Assembly (NCBI GenBank): GCA_003707115.1
Contig: PPNB01000031.1
Location: forward strand, 1-64,000
Reading direction: 5' to 3'
Length of the DNA stretch: 64,000 bases
Source of the DNA: Tortispora ganteri
Lineage: Eukaryota
A model generated the notes under the pieces. That model had not been told where the DNA came from. It was given only the letters and a program-made list of their open reading frames with translations, and did no database searches. Shown here one piece after another: positions 19,297 to 30,554 of this stretch (position 1 is the stretch's first letter; every line of letters begins with the position of its first letter). A program made the translations under genes and the position numbers.

Positions 19297-19804
19297 TAAA
19301 TGTTGTCGTCTTCCAAGTCCCAATTTACACTAAAACCTTCTATACTAACACTTTTGTGATATTTAGCGATTTTCTTTATACAGTCACAATAACCACAAAA
19401 GCATCAATGAATCATTTTAATATTACATACATTACTATAGTAAACATATAATTTATTTATTTATTCCTATTACAATGCGTTGTTCATTATACATCTCTAT
19501 GGCTTTCAACATATACTCAAACCATTACTTTGGCCCTAACCCGATGCCACTGTTCTGTATTCAGTAGTTTTATCAGACCGCCGCATAACCTTCTGAACTA
19601 TCAGTAGTACCACTAAATACTCATTTAGCCACAATTTGTCTCTATTTCACAAAAAATATACCTTATAAGTACTTCCTAAAAGCACCATTTACCGCTTCTA
19701 CATTATACCAAAACTGACCAATCATACATCCTGGGAGGTCGAAAATTTCTACACCAAAAACTTTATTTCTCGTGCACCTTTTACGAAAACTTCGACTTTC
19801 TGCT

Positions 19805-22800
19805 ATGGAAGAACAAAAACCGCTTGAAGTTCGTCTAGAACGAATCAGGACACAGATAAACAGTAAGATTGAGCACCAGAAACAAGTAGCCGTATTGCTT
19901 CTTGCCTTTGATGAACAAATCAAAGCTGAAAATGCTCAAGACTCTCCATCTACTTATTTCACTTACGCTCTATCTTTGCTAGATGAATCTGTCAAATCTT
20001 CTCAAAGAGCAATGATCTCTTCTAATCTATACATACTTTCAGTATTTGCACCTTATGTTACGCAGTCGTTGCTCTCGTCAAAGTTTCGCTCTATCCTTGA
20101 CATCCTCGCACCCGCCATGGATATCGTACCCGAAGACTCTCTAGGTCTGCGATCAGTTATAGGAATTCTCGAGGGCCTTTTGCTTGCTCTCAATTACAAT
20201 AGCTGGAGCCAAATAGACGCCAAAGAATCCATAAAGACGTTATTGGCATTGGCTATGGATGACCGTCCCAAGGTGCGACACCGAGCACTTGAAGCACTAA
20301 AGAATATCCTTAGTAACCCTCCACCGTCCGCATCACTCACACATCCTGAAGGCAAACACTGCGCGGAAACAGCGTTCATAGAAGCATCATCTGAAGCAAA
20401 GAAACTCTTTACACACCCAAATATGCCCACTGTGAAGCTCATACATGCATTGCAACTGGTCCGCGCAATTAGCAGTGCAGGCGCCTGGCCTGCAGCTTCT
20501 ATCTCTGATCTCTGTGAGTTACTACTACTTGTCTGCAGGTCGAGCAATCAGTCTGTGGTTTCAATGGCTTTTGGCGCGTTTGAAGATCTCTTCCATTCTG
20601 TCAACGACCGCGAAGACGCAGGTAAAATCGGCGCTATAGTCGACAACATCGCCATGCTTAAACCCTCCTTGAACGACGAACACCTGGCTCCTGCTTGGCT
20701 CGCTATATACTCACAAGGACTTGGTAAACTGGCCTCTTTGGACCCTACAAAATGTTTTTTGCGTCTCCCAAAAGCCATTAAGACAGTCTTAGATTTCAAT
20801 TCCTCTACCTCTACCAATATACAGATATCTGCGACACAAGGACTCATTGCCCTTGTCAGTACATGCATTGCTGATGAAGTTATATTGAGTTCAAGGAATG
20901 ATGTAGCTTCCACGTTTGAGCAAATCACCGCTCTACTGTCGCAACTCATTTCCGTGCAGTACCAGGGTGCCAGAGACGACATCTTTCAGCTGTTCACCGC
21001 CATGTTCGAAGCATACAGGACACGTGCTGCAGAGTATCTTTCTGATTTACTCAGGACTATTGGGTCCATTCGTACAGCAGCATCAGAAGAAATCAAAACA
21101 CTCTGTGACCAGGCCATTGGTGCCGCTATCGGAACTATGGGTCCCGAGAAGGTACTTGAAGTGCTGCCACTGAACCTCACCACTAAGACCGCTACTGGTA
21201 GAGCATGGATGATCCCGCTACTTAGGGACAATATCAAATCGCCACATCTTGCCCATTTTTCTAGCGAAATGCTCCCTCTCGCCGAGGAACTCTCCACACA
21301 GCTGCAGGAAGTTCAGGCAAAGGGTCACAGTATCCAATCAAAAGTGCTAGAAACTATTATTGACCAAATATGGTCGACTCTACCGAGGTACTGCGATTTA
21401 CCGGTCGATTTACAAAATGCATTCACACAGACATTCGCCGAGGCGCTTACCAATGTCCTTTACAATTTCGTGGAACTCAGGCCGTACATTTGTCAGTCGC
21501 TCAGACTCCTGGTCGAGAGTAATGCCGCCTATATCGCCATGTCCGAAAGTGACGTGCCTATGGATGCCGTGATGCTTGAGATTGTTACACCCGATGACGC
21601 TGAAAAGAATCTAGAGTATCTTGCTCAATTTGCCGGGAAAATACTGGCCGTGTTGTTCAATGTATTCTCGCAGACTGTGCCTGAATACCGTCAGCCCGTT
21701 CTTGAAGCAATAGAGGCATATTTGGCCATTATCAAGCCTAAAGAACTCAATGAGACATTTGACAAGGTATGTGGACTTCTGGCGCAATCGTTAGACGCAG
21801 AAACTACTGAATCAAAGCACAAACTCGGCAAAGGCGAATTACCCCCAATGTCTTATACGATGATGGACATTGTAGTCGTAATGACGCCTTTCCTATCTAC
21901 AGAAACCTATAACAACCTTGTGACGATTTTCATGCAAACAGTGAAGAGCACTGATGCTCAAATTCAGAAAAGAGCTTACAGAATACTCATAAAATTGATG
22001 GCTACTGAAGAGGGAAAAGAGTTTATCGTGTCACATCTTGATGATTTACAGTCACTTCTTATTTCTATTGCAGACAATACTCCATCGTCAGCAAGCACAG
22101 CTCGCTTGAATGCTCTCCATAGTATAGTTGAGTTACTGCCTACTACGGATCTGCATTTCATCCCAGCCACTATATCTGAAGTTGTGATGGCTACTAAAGA
22201 AGCAAATGAGCGTACTCGTACAGCTGCCTTTGATTTAGCTGTCACAATGGCTCGTCGTATGAAAGAAGGAGGCACAATTGTCAACTCAAAAGTGCCTGAT
22301 TTGGACAAGGATGCACCCGATACAGAAGCTTCATTGAATGAATTCTTTACGATGTTGGCTGCCGGCTTGGCTGGAACTACGCCTAACATGATTTCTGCTA
22401 CGATCACCGTAATCAGCAGAATTTTATTTGAATTTAAAGACGACATGAAGGAATCCGAAATGGCTGAGCTTTCGTCGACAGTCGTTATGTTTTTGACTTC
22501 AAAGAACCGGGAAATCGTCAAGTCCGCTATAGGGTTCGTTAAAGTCATGTCTGTTTCACTGCCAGTTAGTATTTTGGAAGATCAACTCTCGGTATTAGTC
22601 GAAAATCTTCTGACATGGTCTAGAGAACATAATAGCCATTTCAAAGAGAAAGTGAGACACATATTCGAGCGACTACTCAGACGCGTCTCGTATAAGCTTC
22701 TCGAAGAACAGTTTCCTGAGGCCGACAAGAAATTTTTGACCAATATCAGGAAATCTAAAGAGCGTGCTAAGAGAAGAAAAGCCGAAGGTGCTGGTGCTTC

Positions 22801-23386
22801 TAGCGAGCTTAACAACGGCAAAAATATGCGATCTTTCAGTTCGGCATACGATGAAGCACTCTATGGCAGTGACTCTGAAGATGAAAGTGGTAATATAAGC
22901 GGTAGCGAAGCCGACGAGCCTATCAGAAAGAACAATAAGAAAGGTAAGGCAAACAAGACATATATTGTGGAGGAAGATGAAGTTGTTGATTTGCTAAACC
23001 AAGAAGCACTTGCCCACATCTCGTCGTCAAAGCCTAAGAAATCTGCTAAGAAGAGCGTCACCGAAAGGGCAGGATTCAAAGAAAAACAAGGCCGACTGCT
23101 GTTTACAGAAACAACAGACCGTGCTTCTGCACTCGAAAGTGAAAAAATAGAGGGCAATAGCGTTAATGCGTATCTTGATGCAGTTGCTGGTGCGGACATG
23201 CCCACACGAGGCCAACGCAACAAATTGAAGTTCAAGAACAAGAGACAACGCGATGGCCAATGGGATGATGACGATGAAGATGATGATGAAAGTAATAATA
23301 TTAACAAGGCGATGCAATCGAGTGAAGTGAGGAAGAAGAAACAAATGCCAGGAAAGTGGCAGAAGAGGTCCAGAGTTAAGAGATGA
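19805..23386 (+). CDS. RRP12: Ribosome biogenesis HEAT protein Rrp12
   Basis: ATG at 19805; DDRPKVR, GRAWMIPLLRD, QIWSTLPRYC (NUC173 region), NREIVKSAIGFVKV, LTNIRKSKER. Confidence 0.94.
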   Translation: MEEQKPLEVRLERIRTQINSKIEHQKQVAVLLLAFDEQIKAENAQDSPSTYFTYALSLLDESVKSSQRAMISSNLYILSVFAPYVTQSLLSSKFRSILDILAPAMDIVPEDSLGLRSVIGILEGLLLALNYNSWSQIDAKESIKTLLALAMDDRPKVRHRALEALKNILSNPPPSASLTHPEGKHCAETAFIEASSEAKKLFTHPNMPTVKLIHALQLVRAISSAGAWPAASISDLCELLLLVCRSSNQSVVSMAFGAFEDLFHSVNDREDAGKIGAIVDNIAMLKPSLNDEHLAPAWLAIYSQGLGKLASLDPTKCFLRLPKAIKTVLDFNSSTSTNIQISATQGLIALVSTCIADEVILSSRNDVASTFEQITALLSQLISVQYQGARDDIFQLFTAMFEAYRTRAAEYLSDLLRTIGSIRTAASEEIKTLCDQAIGAAIGTMGPEKVLEVLPLNLTTKTATGRAWMIPLLRDNIKSPHLAHFSSEMLPLAEELSTQLQEVQAKGHSIQSKVLETIIDQIWSTLPRYCDLPVDLQNAFTQTFAEALTNVLYNFVELRPYICQSLRLLVESNAAYIAMSESDVPMDAVMLEIVTPDDAEKNLEYLAQFAGKILAVLFNVFSQTVPEYRQPVLEAIEAYLAIIKPKELNETFDKVCGLLAQSLDAETTESKHKLGKGELPPMSYTMMDIVVVMTPFLSTETYNNLVTIFMQTVKSTDAQIQKRAYRILIKLMATEEGKEFIVSHLDDLQSLLISIADNTPSSASTARLNALHSIVELLPTTDLHFIPATISEVVMATKEANERTRTAAFDLAVTMARRMKEGGTIVNSKVPDLDKDAPDTEASLNEFFTMLAAGLAGTTPNMISATITVISRILFEFKDDMKESEMAELSSTVVMFLTSKNREIVKSAIGFVKVMSVSLPVSILEDQLSVLVENLLTWSREHNSHFKEKVRHIFERLLRRVSYKLLEEQFPEADKKFLTNIRKSKERAKRRKAEGAGASSELNNGKNMRSFSSAYDEALYGSDSEDESGNISGSEADEPIRKNNKKGKANKTYIVEEDEVVDLLNQEALAHISSSKPKKSAKKSVTERAGFKEKQGRLLFTETTDRASALESEKIEGNSVNAYLDAVAGADMPTRGQRNKLKFKNKRQRDGQWDDDDEDDDESNNINKAMQSSEVRKKKQMPGKWQKRSRVKR

Positions 23387-23416
23387 GGAGGGCATGTAAA
23401 GAGTGGTACCGGCTGT

Positions 23417-24082
23417 TTATTTTGGAGGCAGCGCTCTACCTGAGAAGATCGAAATGATAGCAAAAATAGAATAAAACAAGAACAACGGGTATGCAACTAG
23501 TAGACGCATTTCGTTCAATTGGAGGACGGCGACAAATATATTTGATGCGGCGCTTGTGCACCAAATGACACCAAAAGCAGCTAGAAGGTAACCGGCAGCA
23601 TTGTTGAGAGAAAACAACATGCCGATAGCCGAAAGTATAACAAGGGGTAGCAGACAGTAGCCCAAGACGCTGCAAGTACGGATGAAATCTGTGCCGATTG
23701 TGGACATTAGTTTGAGGAGAATATGAAGACATATGCTGCCAGCTAAGGCGACAGTGTAGACATATCCGAAGCTCGATTTTCCAGATAGGAGCAGAAAGGA
23801 GCCAAACAGTAAACAGAAGAGAATAGGGCCTGCAAGATCTGAGTCTTCCATAAGATTTCTTTCGACATATCTGAGCGGGTTTAGGGCGGCGAGTGTTTTT
23901 GTTTTCATGTGAGCGAAGTTGATGCCTAGTTCCTCGAGTAACGGTGGTTCATTCGAATAGCCTGTAGTGGAAAAAGCAGCCCATATACCGGTGCTTAGAC
24001 GTTCATCTTGGGTTGTATTTGCAAAAGCAGATGAATCATAGCTTCCACTTGAATAATTATAATTTCCGTCGTAGAATTGCAT
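23417..24082 (-). CDS. YIP1: Yip1 ER-Golgi membrane protein
   Basis: EPPLLEELGINF, DSDLAGP, SVLGYCLLP, LVAYP. Confidence 0.95.
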   Translation of the reverse strand: MQFYDGNYNYSSGSYDSSAFANTTQDERLSTGIWAAFSTTGYSNEPPLLEELGINFAHMKTKTLAALNPLRYVERNLMEDSDLAGPILFCLLFGSFLLLSGKSSFGYVYTVALAGSICLHILLKLMSTIGTDFIRTCSVLGYCLLPLVILSAIGMLFSLNNAAGYLLAAFGVIWCTSAASNIFVAVLQLNEMRLLVAYPLFLFYSIFAIISIFSGRALPPK

Positions 24083-24216
24083 GGTTATATTATTTGTTTA
24101 GTGGTAAGACTTAAAGGTTTGTGGCTAAATTGGGAGATGTGAAAGTTACCATAGAATGTAGGTAGTAGTAGGTAGTTGCTGATTGGATAAGAGAAAGTCG
24201 TGAATATGTATATACG

Positions 24217-25713
24217 TTATTCTGGTTTTGGTAGACCTGCAGCGATAGAAAATTGTCCACCTGCACCTACAAGACGCATTTGTACATCTTTTGTAGCAGT
24301 ATTGACAATCCTCGTAGGAACTTCCATGTCCTCACCGGCAGGTCCTTGACCAACTTGATATGTTTCACCAAACCCCCAAGACCACAATGTACCGTCTGCA
24401 GCTATAGCGAGTGAATGATGGCTACCACAAGCAATAGCAGTGAATTTCGGTAGTGATACACTGTCACCATCTGGTTCGTTACCTCGCGTCAGTTTCGTTG
24501 GCTCAGGGATGAACCTCGGGCGGCCGTTCGCATCTTTGGCCGTGTATGCTGGTAAAGCTGATGTTTCAATACCAACTTCAAATGAATCTAGACGACCAAA
24601 CACGTAAATATCGCCATCTCGAGATAGAGCAACAGAGTGATGTTCACCAGCAGCGATTTGTACAATATTTTTCCCCGAGAGCCCTGGAACAACAGTAGGT
24701 CGTGTTACTACTGCGCCGTCTTCGAAATGTGAAGGCACACCGCATTGACCAAACTGGTTGAGTCCCCAAGATACAACATCACCATTAGAAAGAATTGCAA
24801 ATGAATGAAACTCCCCAGATCCGAGCCCCACAGCGTCATGTACACCGAACTCGCGTGGCATAAGTGTTAGCATTCGCGTGCGTTCAACTACTCGTCGCCC
24901 AAGCTGAAACTGCTGACCATTACCCCATGAGTATACGTTTCCGTATGCGTCAAGTGCCAAAATATGATCCTTACCAGCAGCAACACGGGTAATACCACTC
25001 AGACCAGCCAGTTCTGTAGGCGTTCGCTGAATCTCTACATCCTTTGAGAATCCAAGTAATCCTTCGTTACATCTAAAAGTACCCCATGCCCACACCGTTC
25101 CTGTGTTAGTCAGTGCAATTGACATGTTGTCTGATGCAGCAGCCTGTACGACCTTGACGCTTTCTGGGATATCAACAAGTCCCGGTGTTGATTCTTTCGG
25201 GTTCAAGTCACCGTCATCGTCGTCATCTGAGTCGTCGTCCGATCCGTTCTCTTTTATTTCTTTTAAAACTTCACCACCAGACGTGTCTCGCCCTAATACG
25301 CCCATATCATTGCCACCCCACGACCAGAGACGTCCTGTACTGTCAATAGCCAAAGTGTGTGCTCCGCCTACTGCTATGTCCACTACACCGACCTTTTCAA
25401 CTGTCAGATATGGGTTCAACCGTGGTCGTTTGACTTCTTTATTCTTGGCTTCAGGACCAAGACCTAATTCAGCCATAGATCCAGTTCCAAATACAAACAC
25501 ATTCAATTTCTCTTGCTTGATGAGTGGTATAGTAGTCAAAATCTGTTTTACTCGTCGGCGGCTCATAAGCCCAGACCCCGTACGTTTGTGGCCACGACCA
25601 TTATTAACACTGCTTCCATTAGTTTTTACCGGCTCATCTGACTCCGCTGCATTCGCCGCCCGTTTCCTCAGTGGCATTTCTATGCCGTTCGTATCTACTT
25701 TTCGTACAACCAT
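24217..25713 (-). CDS. SRM1: Ran GEF RCC1 (Srm1/Prp20/Pim1)
   Basis: RCC1 repeats; ELGLGP, VKRPRLNP, WGTFR..EG.LGF, AGGQFS. Confidence 0.95.
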   Translation of the reverse strand: MVVRKVDTNGIEMPLRKRAANAAESDEPVKTNGSSVNNGRGHKRTGSGLMSRRRVKQILTTIPLIKQEKLNVFVFGTGSMAELGLGPEAKNKEVKRPRLNPYLTVEKVGVVDIAVGGAHTLAIDSTGRLWSWGGNDMGVLGRDTSGGEVLKEIKENGSDDDSDDDDDGDLNPKESTPGLVDIPESVKVVQAAASDNMSIALTNTGTVWAWGTFRCNEGLLGFSKDVEIQRTPTELAGLSGITRVAAGKDHILALDAYGNVYSWGNGQQFQLGRRVVERTRMLTLMPREFGVHDAVGLGSGEFHSFAILSNGDVVSWGLNQFGQCGVPSHFEDGAVVTRPTVVPGLSGKNIVQIAAGEHHSVALSRDGDIYVFGRLDSFEVGIETSALPAYTAKDANGRPRFIPEPTKLTRGNEPDGDSVSLPKFTAIACGSHHSLAIAADGTLWSWGFGETYQVGQGPAGEDMEVPTRIVNTATKDVQMRLVGAGGQFSIAAGLPKPE

Positions 25714-25921
25714 GACGTGGAATAGTATTATTATCCTCGATGTCGCTTGCTAAGTAAAAATCGCCTAAACTTAAATTTGTTTAAGGTTTCAAGGTTCGTA
25801 TGAACTGCGTACTCGTAAATAAATTGCGTCTAGGAAGGAGGCCATTTTTGCTGGGAAAGGAGATACACCAGTGTGATATTATTTATGCAACAGAGGTTTG
25901 ATCCAAAGAAAATCCCTCCAA

Positions 25922-27481
25922 TTAGATGCTTGGTTCAAGTTGCGCATGCGGTTGCACGTGTGGCTGCCCTCGAGAGCGTATCGTCTGGACGTAGTAATTG
26001 TACAATGCATGCAGATCTTCATTAGAAGAATCCGTTTGAGCATCATACTCTGAAGTTTTAAGTAGAGAAGCAATAACCAAAACATTCTCCTGGTCTGGTC
26101 CGGTAGCCTTTGTAAGAACCTGACAGACATCGGGGAACGAGTCTAAGAATGTGGTGGTCCATTCGTTAAGTGTTGAATGCGCTGCAATAAATGCCAATGT
26201 GGTAATGCTTTCGGATCGTAATTTCGGGTAAGTTTCCTGTGTAATTGTTAACTGTAACACCAGACCGAAATCAGGCCAGGTTTCAATGGCGAAACTTAAA
26301 CTCGGGTCGTCAGGTACTTTTGCCAATGTCCGCAGCAAAGCGTACATAACTCTGGCAATCTCGTACTTTATTGCGATGTTGTTCTGTGTTTCGAATGTAT
26401 GAATGAGAACTTTGACCTCAGGATTGCGTGAACATAGGATAGCGTTTTCGTAACAGTTGGATACTAGCACTCGCAGCAATGCTATGCCGTCAAACTGAAG
26501 TACGCTAGATTTGCTGTTAAGTAGACTACAAGCAAAATCAAATCCACCAGCTGCAGCGCATACAGACTTGTTCATGGGTGGTATACAGATGTTCCGTAGA
26601 GTGCTCGCAACCAGATGAGCATAGTGATCTTTAGACAGTGGCGGCACGTGTTTGTACGACTGCAGAATTTTCCTATGCAGGTTATTTGCAATCGCTGCTG
26701 CAGCATCAGTTTCTGAATGTATTGAGTTACCGATCAGTGAGATGATGCTGAATGGTAATGGGAAGTCTGCGGTAATGAGATCGCCCCATGTAGATATAAT
26801 TTCTACGGGGATTTCGCCTAAACCGGGTGCGATTGCGGTTTCAATAAGTGCATTTCCGAGTTCACCAATAGTAGAAGTTTCTGATTTGGCAACGTTTTGT
26901 AGGAGTCGTGTGAAGAGCTGCAATACAGACACCGAAAGTGGTTCAGATTTGGCGAGCATCGACGCAAGTAGTGATAGGGCGTGATCGCGGGCTTCAAGCG
27001 AATCATAATAAGCTGGCGCAGAGGCTAATGTGGCAATAAAAGATTCAAGATTTTCACTGCGGACGGAATCGGTCTCGATGAGAACCTGGATAGTGAAATC
27101 GCGGCGTTCTGAGGGCGAGCAGGAGAATATATGACCAACAAGTTGTGCAGGTAAATCAACGGCAACATCACCAAGTAACAAGTTGACTATATTACCAAGT
27201 AAAATAGGTGTCAGAGTATCGTCTGAATAAGAGAACGCTGTAAAAATCGCGTTGATCAGATTTTGATTCAGCAACAACGATCGTACAGCGTCTGAGTCGG
27301 CCAACAAATTGCCTATGAGTCGCCATGAAGCACGGCGAATTGCGGGATCTTCAGCGACAGCATTATCAAGTAAAACAGAAGCATCAATAGTTTTAAAAAA
27401 TAGAAGTTTGTCAGATTCGTCTGATTGGCCGTATTTTGTGGCCAGAGCGTCTAGAGAGGCTGCGCTGTGGTCTGCCGTCAT
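25922..27481 (-). CDS. Armadillo-repeat protein, SmgGDS/Bem4-like
   Basis: RLIGNLLADSD, LIGNSIHSE and LRNICIPPMNK..AAGG resemble SmgGDS (RAP1GDS1) ARM motifs. Confidence 0.65.
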   Translation of the reverse strand: MTADHSAASLDALATKYGQSDESDKLLFFKTIDASVLLDNAVAEDPAIRRASWRLIGNLLADSDAVRSLLLNQNLINAIFTAFSYSDDTLTPILLGNIVNLLLGDVAVDLPAQLVGHIFSCSPSERRDFTIQVLIETDSVRSENLESFIATLASAPAYYDSLEARDHALSLLASMLAKSEPLSVSVLQLFTRLLQNVAKSETSTIGELGNALIETAIAPGLGEIPVEIISTWGDLITADFPLPFSIISLIGNSIHSETDAAAAIANNLHRKILQSYKHVPPLSKDHYAHLVASTLRNICIPPMNKSVCAAAGGFDFACSLLNSKSSVLQFDGIALLRVLVSNCYENAILCSRNPEVKVLIHTFETQNNIAIKYEIARVMYALLRTLAKVPDDPSLSFAIETWPDFGLVLQLTITQETYPKLRSESITTLAFIAAHSTLNEWTTTFLDSFPDVCQVLTKATGPDQENVLVIASLLKTSEYDAQTDSSNEDLHALYNYYVQTIRSRGQPHVQPHAQLEPSI

Positions 27482-27539
27482 AACGTGGCTTTTGGGATAA
27501 GGTTACGATGCATCATACCCAGATTTTGACATTACCAAA

Positions 27540-27827
27540 ATGGCTGCTCCACCAGTATCTCGAGCACACCATTTCATATCGAGTATATCGACGCTAGCGA
27601 CTGCATGGGCACTCGTATACTTTAATATACTATCTGTACCACCAGAAGCAAAGAGTATTATTGACATATTTCCTCTATGGGCGATAGTCGCCTTCGGTTC
27701 ATACATGTTGTTCAAGCTGGGGTGGGACGTGTTCAGTTTTAATGATCGCAAGGATGCCTATGATGAGCTAGTTGACCAAATAAAAGAGGCAAAAACTGAT
27801 TTGCGCGCGAAAGGTTGCAGTATATAG
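27540..27827 (+). CDS. DPM3: Dolichol-phosphate mannose synthase subunit 3
   Basis: Two TM segments, PLWAIVAFGSY, FND..DAYDEL..QIKEAKTDLRAKG. Confidence 0.93.
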   Translation: MAAPPVSRAHHFISSISTLATAWALVYFNILSVPPEAKSIIDIFPLWAIVAFGSYMLFKLGWDVFSFNDRKDAYDELVDQIKEAKTDLRAKGCSI

Positions 27828-27968
27828 TTATATATATGTACATATGTATAAGAAGATACGTATGTTAGTATCTAATATAATATATTGACCATGTGGACGT
27901 GGCACCCCTTGTCATTGGCGCCGAATGACTTCCATGTTATACCCGTCTATCTTTCTGTGTAATTGTCA

Positions 27969-29540
27969 TCAATGACGGCGAGCAATCCGCCTGCCATACT
28001 TGATAAGTATAATTGTGATTAATGACGATAAGATCCCCAGCAGCCCCATAAACGTGTAGGTCCATCCGATACCCATAGCTGCAGTGACGGCGTCTATGGC
28101 ACCCATACCGATGGCGGCACTAACGCATCGTGTCATATTGACAGCAGCACCTGAAGAAGCGGCACGTTCAGGAAATAAATCAACAATCAGCGACTGCGTA
28201 GCCATCATGAACGGTATTGCCAGCATTGCAATGATTGTAATGCTCACGATCGGTCCGGCAAGACTTAGTTGGTAATCGACGAGCCAGCCGAATAAGATGT
28301 ACATAAGCCCTGATATCCAACATAGTGGTATAGTCAGTGCTAACCGCGCATAATGGATCGGGAATTGCTTAGCTGAGCGTGCATGAGGTTCCTCGACAAC
28401 GTCGTTACATGACGACGCCATCCATTCAGCAAGTTCTTCGGCTTCTCTTTCCATTTTTGACCGGTGACGGTCAGCAGTACGATTATAGAACTTGTTAAAT
28501 AACAAACCACCAAACATTGACCCGAGCACACAGCCGACGCCCGCCGGTAGGTAACACAAACCGATCTCAAGTACCGACAGATTGTACTCTTGCTCAAGTA
28601 GCACCGAGAATGTGTTCATGGCGATAGTGAACAGCGTGTACTGTAGTGCCTGTACAAAAAGCGCCATCAAAATGTCAATGTGCTTAAAAATTTTGAACGT
28701 TGCCAGAATATCGTACTTCTTCTTCGGCGTTAAGCTCGCATAGTTCGGCTCATTCTTGTATTGATATGGCACACGACCGCATCTTTGTAGGATCAGCACG
28801 TAGAAACGCTGTTTCCACTTGCGCGGCGGTACAGATCCATCACCAACCTCGCTATGTGACGTCTCGGGCATCAGGAACAGCACAGCCAGAAGCACGGCGC
28901 TTGAGGCGATTACCAAGAACCAGAATATCCCTCGCCAGCCAAATCTGCTGCCGATAAGACCACCCAGTACGGGACCTAAAGGGTTACCAAGTAGTGTAAT
29001 ACATACAGTTATACCCATAATCTTTGCCCGATTTGACCGGCTGGTGATATCGCCAACTACGCCATTAGTGATAGCAGTCGTTGAAGCAATACCGGCTGAT
29101 TGCAGCGCTCGCAAGATAACAATAGCATAGAATTTCTTCGATAGCGCCAACCCAATATTTGCCCCTATATAGACAACAAAACAATTTATAATGATTATTC
29201 GTCGGCCATGTGCGTCTGCTAGCGGGCACCAGATCGCAGGGCTAACACCTTGAAGTAGCAGGTACGTTACTACTGACGAATAGAGATGATCCTCGTCCAC
29301 GTTGAATTCGTGCTGTAGCAGCGGTAATGCTGGAAGGTACACATTTGAAGATGCAGCTGAAAAAAATGCAGAAAGCCCCATAAGACCTACAATATTAATA
29401 ATATCTAGCCGTGAGAACACTCCTGATCCTAAATTAGACAATGCTTCCACTTGTAAAGCACTGTCTTGGTCTGAATCATCTTCGTGTGGCAGATCTTGAC
29501 CTTTAGAAGAGATTTCTTGTTTTGAATTGTTATTTGACAT
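27969..29540 (-). CDS. MFS drug:H+ antiporter DHA1 (Qdr/Aqr1-like)
   Basis: YLPALP, LADAHGRR, LRALQSAG, GPVLGG, WRGIFWFL, PET; about 12 TM segments. Confidence 0.9.
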   Translation of the reverse strand: MSNNNSKQEISSKGQDLPHEDDSDQDSALQVEALSNLGSGVFSRLDIINIVGLMGLSAFFSAASSNVYLPALPLLQHEFNVDEDHLYSSVVTYLLLQGVSPAIWCPLADAHGRRIIIINCFVVYIGANIGLALSKKFYAIVILRALQSAGIASTTAITNGVVGDITSRSNRAKIMGITVCITLLGNPLGPVLGGLIGSRFGWRGIFWFLVIASSAVLLAVLFLMPETSHSEVGDGSVPPRKWKQRFYVLILQRCGRVPYQYKNEPNYASLTPKKKYDILATFKIFKHIDILMALFVQALQYTLFTIAMNTFSVLLEQEYNLSVLEIGLCYLPAGVGCVLGSMFGGLLFNKFYNRTADRHRSKMEREAEELAEWMASSCNDVVEEPHARSAKQFPIHYARLALTIPLCWISGLMYILFGWLVDYQLSLAGPIVSITIIAMLAIPFMMATQSLIVDLFPERAASSGAAVNMTRCVSAAIGMGAIDAVTAAMGIGWTYTFMGLLGILSSLITIILIKYGRRIARRH

Positions 29541-29984
29541 GATAATTTATCTATTATCTGAGTTTCACCATTACAATGAATCCTTAGAGCGAATAATCTA
29601 GTTGATATCGGCTTAAGAATATTATATGGTCTAAAATAAGGTTTAAGTCGTTCTTAGATCGCTGCTTAACATTTGTTCAACTATTGCATGTAATTATCAT
29701 ACACGTGCATTTTACGGCATTAACCTATAATGAGGATTATATGAATATGAATAATTCAAAAATTAATAGCTTCAATAGCATGAATATCATGAATATCTAT
29801 CTTCGGTATCATTCGTACAGACGTTCGAGGTAGATATAGTTGTAGTACTGCCGACGTATTTTCTAAGTCAGCGTTTGTCTATGACATGATCCTGGTATAG
29901 CTATGCAAATCAACCATATTGTATAGCCTACTACGTGCTAGAAACTGCAGACTATGGGCCTATCAATACATAAAATTGCCCGAT

Positions 29985-30338
29985 TTATTTGCTCTTCTGA
30001 CGCATCTTGTGCAATACTTCTGCTCGACGACGCTCGCCGCCGAATTTCTTGACACCAGTCTTGATATGAAATGGTTCACGGCCTTGACGGTACCTTTCCT
30101 GCCATGCCAGAATGTACTTACGATGTGCAGCGTTCTGTATGCCGAGCTCTTTTAGTATTCGCGAATCCGCAGTCATCAGTTGGTCCCACGACTCAAACAG
30201 CTCACTATACTCGCTAGAACCGCGCCCGATCGCCTGCAAAAAAGTTGCCGGGTCTTTTACAGTCTCTGAAGGCGGTGGAACAGTTTTAATACCCCGTAAT
30301 AGCAGCATTATGGGCGTTTTTGTTGAGAATCTGCTCAT
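29985..30338 (-). CDS. FYV4: Mitochondrial small-subunit protein mS41/Fyv4 (IGR motif)
   Basis: FLQAIGRG, LKELGI..AHRKYIL, GGERRR. Confidence 0.9.
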   Translation of the reverse strand: MSRFSTKTPIMLLLRGIKTVPPPSETVKDPATFLQAIGRGSSEYSELFESWDQLMTADSRILKELGIQNAAHRKYILAWQERYRQGREPFHIKTGVKKFGGERRRAEVLHKMRQKSK

Positions 30339-30554
30339 TTTCTTTCTCTTCTATTCTGGGTGTGGTGAGAGTAAGAAACAGAAAAAATCCAGTCCCGACG
30401 GGAAACTTGCCTTTTCGCGCCGAAATCATCGTCTACAGCTACAGATGTACACATAATAGCACCGCGTAAGTAATCTAAAAGCGTAATGAATAATTAGCGC
30501 CTTGCGGCAAGACCCCAGACCGGCGCAAGTAAGAGAAAGCGATTGTAGAGCCAT

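Noticed and set aside
19100..19800. AT-rich stretch around the FOL3/RRP12 junction (also 38800-39360) as a possible centromere or origin
   Set aside because: Short, partly coding and without diagnostic elements; cannot be supported from sequence alone
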